Shown here one piece after another: positions 60,971-64,000 of a DNA stretch of 64,000 nucleotides. How positions within the stretch are numbered: position 1 is the stretch's first letter; each line of letters starts with the position of its first letter. The notes under the pieces are model-generated. The model saw nothing but the letters and a program-made list of their open reading frames with translations. It searched no databases and had not been told where the DNA came from. Origin of the DNA: Candidatus Methanoperedenaceae archaeon (lineage in GTDB: Archaea; Halobacteriota; Methanosarcinia; Methanosarcinales; Methanoperedenaceae). A program made the position numbers and the translations under genes. Where the stretch lies: contig CAVWCX010000018.1 in NCBI GenBank assembly GCA_963753595.1, positions 32,001-96,000 on the forward strand, given 5' to 3'.

Positions 60971-62376
60971 CTCGAAATCTCAACTGGCGTAATAATTCCC
61001 TTCTCTATTCCGAAACTTTTCCCTGTGAGCAGGACATTATCCTGCACCGGCGCCACTTTGAACTTCTTTTCTAAAGTGTTGCCATTTGATTTTATCTTTA
61101 TCGTTGCGCCTTTAAAGAGCTTTAGCGCCCTCACAGTGTTCAAATTAAGCTCAACGAAGTCATTGTCATCAGCAAGGTTGAACCACATGAAAGGATTATA
61201 CACATCAATAAGTGTTGGTTTTGCTTCTATTGGTCCTGGCGCTGCCTGTATCACGCCGTATGCGGGCCTGTCATATTTCGGGATAGTAAATTCATCGACA
61301 GCCGTGATGCCGATCGCTTTCTTTACTGATTCATGGAGCGCATTAAAATCAAATTTGGCGCCTGCAATGATCCCGAGCGCATCAAGCCCGCTCGTTCCGG
61401 CGCCGCCCAGTGCCTGCGCCCTTCCCTCATTGTTTATGAGCGTGCCTTTTTTCTTGTAAAGCGGTTCATGCGCAATAATGATGTTCGCTTTTGCAGATAT
61501 TGCCTGTCCTGTCTGGATTATCAGGTTCGTGAGTTTTGAAAGAGTCTCTGGCGGTATCAACACTGATGGGTCGGACTCAAGAGCAAAAAGCGTCTTTATT
61601 GTTCCTTTGTTGATATCATCAATAAGCTGTGCAAGAGATTTGGCCTTTGCATCCTTTGACAGGATATACGCGCCTGATGAATTCGCAAAAGGCTTGAGGA
61701 ATGTTACTTTTGCTTCTGCGTTCTTTGCCAGTGCCAGGACGCTTTTGACCTGCTCAATATCAGAGAGAGGATGGAAATCAGCAATGATCACCGAATCTTT
61801 TGTAAGCTGCAATTTTGAGACATCATTTGGCCTGATGTTTTCATTTGCCAGCGGCAGGTCTTTCCACCACACGGCTGTGATTTTTGCACCTTTGTTCTTT
61901 GCAGAAAGTATGCGCCGCACTATCAGGGGATACTGTTCATACGGGTCAATGAAAAGCACGATATGCTTTGCAGCCTCTATATCGCTGTAAGGAATTCCTA
62001 CACTGATCGTCTGATATACATCTTTCGGGAGCGCCTCAAAATTTACTCCCGTGCATAAATATGATTCAGCGATCTTCTGGAATGCAAGAAGCTCTTCACT
62101 TGTGGTATTGCCTGGTGAGAGAAAAGCCACGGAACCCTGAGCAATTCGCTTTGCTCCTTCCTTTGCAGCCTCATCAAGCGTTGTTTCCCTGCCATCCACA
62201 ATTGACTTTACCGGGTCATAGAACCGTGGGAGGCTCATCCCGAACCTGCACAGTTTTCCGGCATTGGCAGGTGATGATTTCCTGAAATCAATTCCTTTGG
62301 CGTCATTCTCACGGATATATAATCCACAGCCGAAATTGCAGCCCGGACAAATTGTTGAATAAACATTGTCGCTCAT
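60967..62376 (-). CDS. FdhA/molybdopterin-oxidoreductase-like subunit
   Basis: CPGCNFGCG...GKLC [4Fe-4S] site; KGTLINNEGRAQ. Confidence 0.75.
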   Translation of the reverse strand: MSDNVYSTICPGCNFGCGLYIRENDAKGIDFRKSSPANAGKLCRFGMSLPRFYDPVKSIVDGRETTLDEAAKEGAKRIAQGSVAFLSPGNTTSEELLAFQKIAESYLCTGVNFEALPKDVYQTISVGIPYSDIEAAKHIVLFIDPYEQYPLIVRRILSAKNKGAKITAVWWKDLPLANENIRPNDVSKLQLTKDSVIIADFHPLSDIEQVKSVLALAKNAEAKVTFLKPFANSSGAYILSKDAKAKSLAQLIDDINKGTIKTLFALESDPSVLIPPETLSKLTNLIIQTGQAISAKANIIIAHEPLYKKKGTLINNEGRAQALGGAGTSGLDALGIIAGAKFDFNALHESVKKAIGITAVDEFTIPKYDRPAYGVIQAAPGPIEAKPTLIDVYNPFMWFNLADDNDFVELNLNTVRALKLFKGATIKIKSNGNTLEKKFKVAPVQDNVLLTGKSFGIEKGIITPVEISR

Positions 62377-62834
62377 TCGATCACCCGTATTTTATTGATC
62401 TTGCTTCCAGGACGCAATGGAGCCAATCCTGAAGAAGTTCTCCAGGGCATTTCTGTAAATGGAAATTTTCTGCCCGCAAAATCACGATCCAGATCCATAT
62501 CATGAATTTCATCAAAGGGATGCAGAGTGGTTAATCCTGATGAATTTTTCAATGTCTTGCCAGAAAGAGGTACAGAGATTTCTGAAAAGCTTTCTTGTTC
62601 CTTGTTTTCCTCTCCTGCTGGAATTCCTTTATCAGCAAAATCACTCTTAATGTTCCCATCCTGGATTTCATTAACTAAAATTTCATTAACAAATCTCAAA
62701 GGAGTTAATCCCGGAGCATTTTTTATAGCCTCTATATTCAACATTCCTTCTCCGGAACATGAATCCAGCCCGCCCCCACATTTATCTTTCCTCATCTGTG
62801 GTCTGTATTCAATAAATTGATTATATTCATTCAT
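62373..62834 (-). CDS. hypothetical internally repeated protein
   Basis: NAPGLTPLR / NSSGLTTLH / TSSGLAPLR repeats; overlaps both neighbours. Confidence 0.6.
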   Translation of the reverse strand: MNEYNQFIEYRPQMRKDKCGGGLDSCSGEGMLNIEAIKNAPGLTPLRFVNEILVNEIQDGNIKSDFADKGIPAGEENKEQESFSEISVPLSGKTLKNSSGLTTLHPFDEIHDMDLDRDFAGRKFPFTEMPWRTSSGLAPLRPGSKINKIRVIE

Positions 62835-63981
62835 TTAATTTCACCTCGAAATAGGGGGGCTTACGCATATCCATTCCCGGCTCATACTTTAACTCCTCCT
62901 GCACAGGATTTGCAAACCTCCTGTATAATCTCGTAAGCGGAATATCAACAGGACACACATCACTGCACTGACCGCATCCGATACATGCATCTGCAAGGTG
63001 CAAAAAGCGAACGAGGTGATACATCGACATCTTATAAGCGTCTCCTCTGGAATGGTATTCAGTACACTTTGAGACATCACCACAGGAACATGTAGGGCAA
63101 ATCGTCTTACATGCGCCGCAGTCGATGCAATGTTCAAGCTCTTTCCTGAAATATTCAAGTCTTCCATTCTCGATCGGAACAAAGACCTTTCCCTTCCATT
63201 TCTTTCCAAGGTCTTCCATAACGCCTTTTATCTTGGCGCGCATTGCAACTCCTTTCTCATCAGGCTTCTGCACCTGCACATATCCTGCATCAATTGCATT
63301 TTGCAGGAGCGCAGCGCCTTTTTCCGAATTGATCTCAACGAATGTGGCTTTTCCCACAAGGTCCCCGGTAACACCCCAGTTGCCGCATGCAATATCAGAA
63401 TTATTTGGTATCTTTATTGTGCAGTATCGGCAGCTTTCACGCCTTCCATATCCTTTTTCTTCAAGCTCATCAATAGTTATGGCATGCTCTTTCCCGTCTT
63501 TTGTCTCAAAAATTAGTTTTCCCTTCTCGATCTCCTCACCGTGCACATCTTCAGGCTTTATCTTGTACATCACTTCAAGCATCTCTCTTGTAACAACGGG
63601 GTGCATTGACCCGCCGCAGTTAAGACCAACTATGAAAGTATTATCCAGATTTATCGCGTTGCGCTTTCCCTGTTCAATTATCCCGCGCACATCGCATCCT
63701 TTTGCGGGAAGTGCGACTTTCAGGTTCTTGTTAGCGATCAGTTTTGCAAAGTTGCTGGGGACAGAGTGCAGTGAACCCGCAGAGTTCAATACTTCATTAA
63801 CATCAGATGTAATAACCGGAACTGCTTCGAACTCATTTATCTTCTTCAAAACAACAACTGCATCGACAATCTTCTTTTCAAGCGCTGCTGCCAGCATTGA
63901 GGTTACAAGACCTCCTGAGCCTCCGTGTTTTCTTACTTCTTCTTTTGTTGACCACCCAACATACATCTCACCTTTTTGCAT
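62827..63981 (-). CDS. fdhB: F420-interacting FrhB/FdhB-family beta subunit with ferredoxin domain
   Basis: SGGLVT, KGCD.R, GLNCGG, RR.SC.YC, DIACGNWG, two CxxCxxCxxxCP. Confidence 0.85.
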   Translation of the reverse strand: MQKGEMYVGWSTKEEVRKHGGSGGLVTSMLAAALEKKIVDAVVVLKKINEFEAVPVITSDVNEVLNSAGSLHSVPSNFAKLIANKNLKVALPAKGCDVRGIIEQGKRNAINLDNTFIVGLNCGGSMHPVVTREMLEVMYKIKPEDVHGEEIEKGKLIFETKDGKEHAITIDELEEKGYGRRESCRYCTIKIPNNSDIACGNWGVTGDLVGKATFVEINSEKGAALLQNAIDAGYVQVQKPDEKGVAMRAKIKGVMEDLGKKWKGKVFVPIENGRLEYFRKELEHCIDCGACKTICPTCSCGDVSKCTEYHSRGDAYKMSMYHLVRFLHLADACIGCGQCSDVCPVDIPLTRLYRRFANPVQEELKYEPGMDMRKPPYFEVKLNE

Positions 63982-64000
63982 TAAACCACCCCCTCAGGTT

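Overview
Archaeal chromosomal window, most consistent with Methanosarcinales and probably Ca. Methanoperedens/ANME-2d. This taxonomy is inferred from McrC, an F420-type FdhB, FDR plus methanoredoxin, PGF-CTERM proteins and archaeal ribosomal genes. Contents in order: an intact IS4-family element (237-1783; 18-bp TIRs, 10-bp target duplication) beside a decayed Zn-ribbon paralog carrying fifteen 12-bp repeats; a long redox operon (AhpD/CMD, bacterioferritin, stand-alone McrC, two DUF2180, Por gamma-delta/alpha/beta, glutaredoxin, ferredoxin:disulfide reductase); NfnAB/SudAB; a radical SAM protein; an ArsB-like permease; housekeeping blocks (rpl18a-pfdA-ftsY, mtnP, hxlB, rsmA-rpo4-rpl21e-pus10-trmY, purH with a CTG start); a cupin PGI; a small island bounded by a duplicated 5' end of a solo cas4-like gene; a stress/Fe-S cluster; cbiMNQO; several TA pairs; a type I R-M locus interleaved with TA/NTase cassettes; and the end of an FdhB/FdhA-like operon. 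The most notable unexplained signals are (i) the McrC-Por-FDR operon, (ii) a dispersed family of palindromes built from 9-10-bp periodic units that sits at accessory-gene junctions, (iii) the cas4 5'-duplication island, and (iv) several unannotated microproteins and 5' gene stubs. All calls come from reading motifs by eye; no database searches were run.
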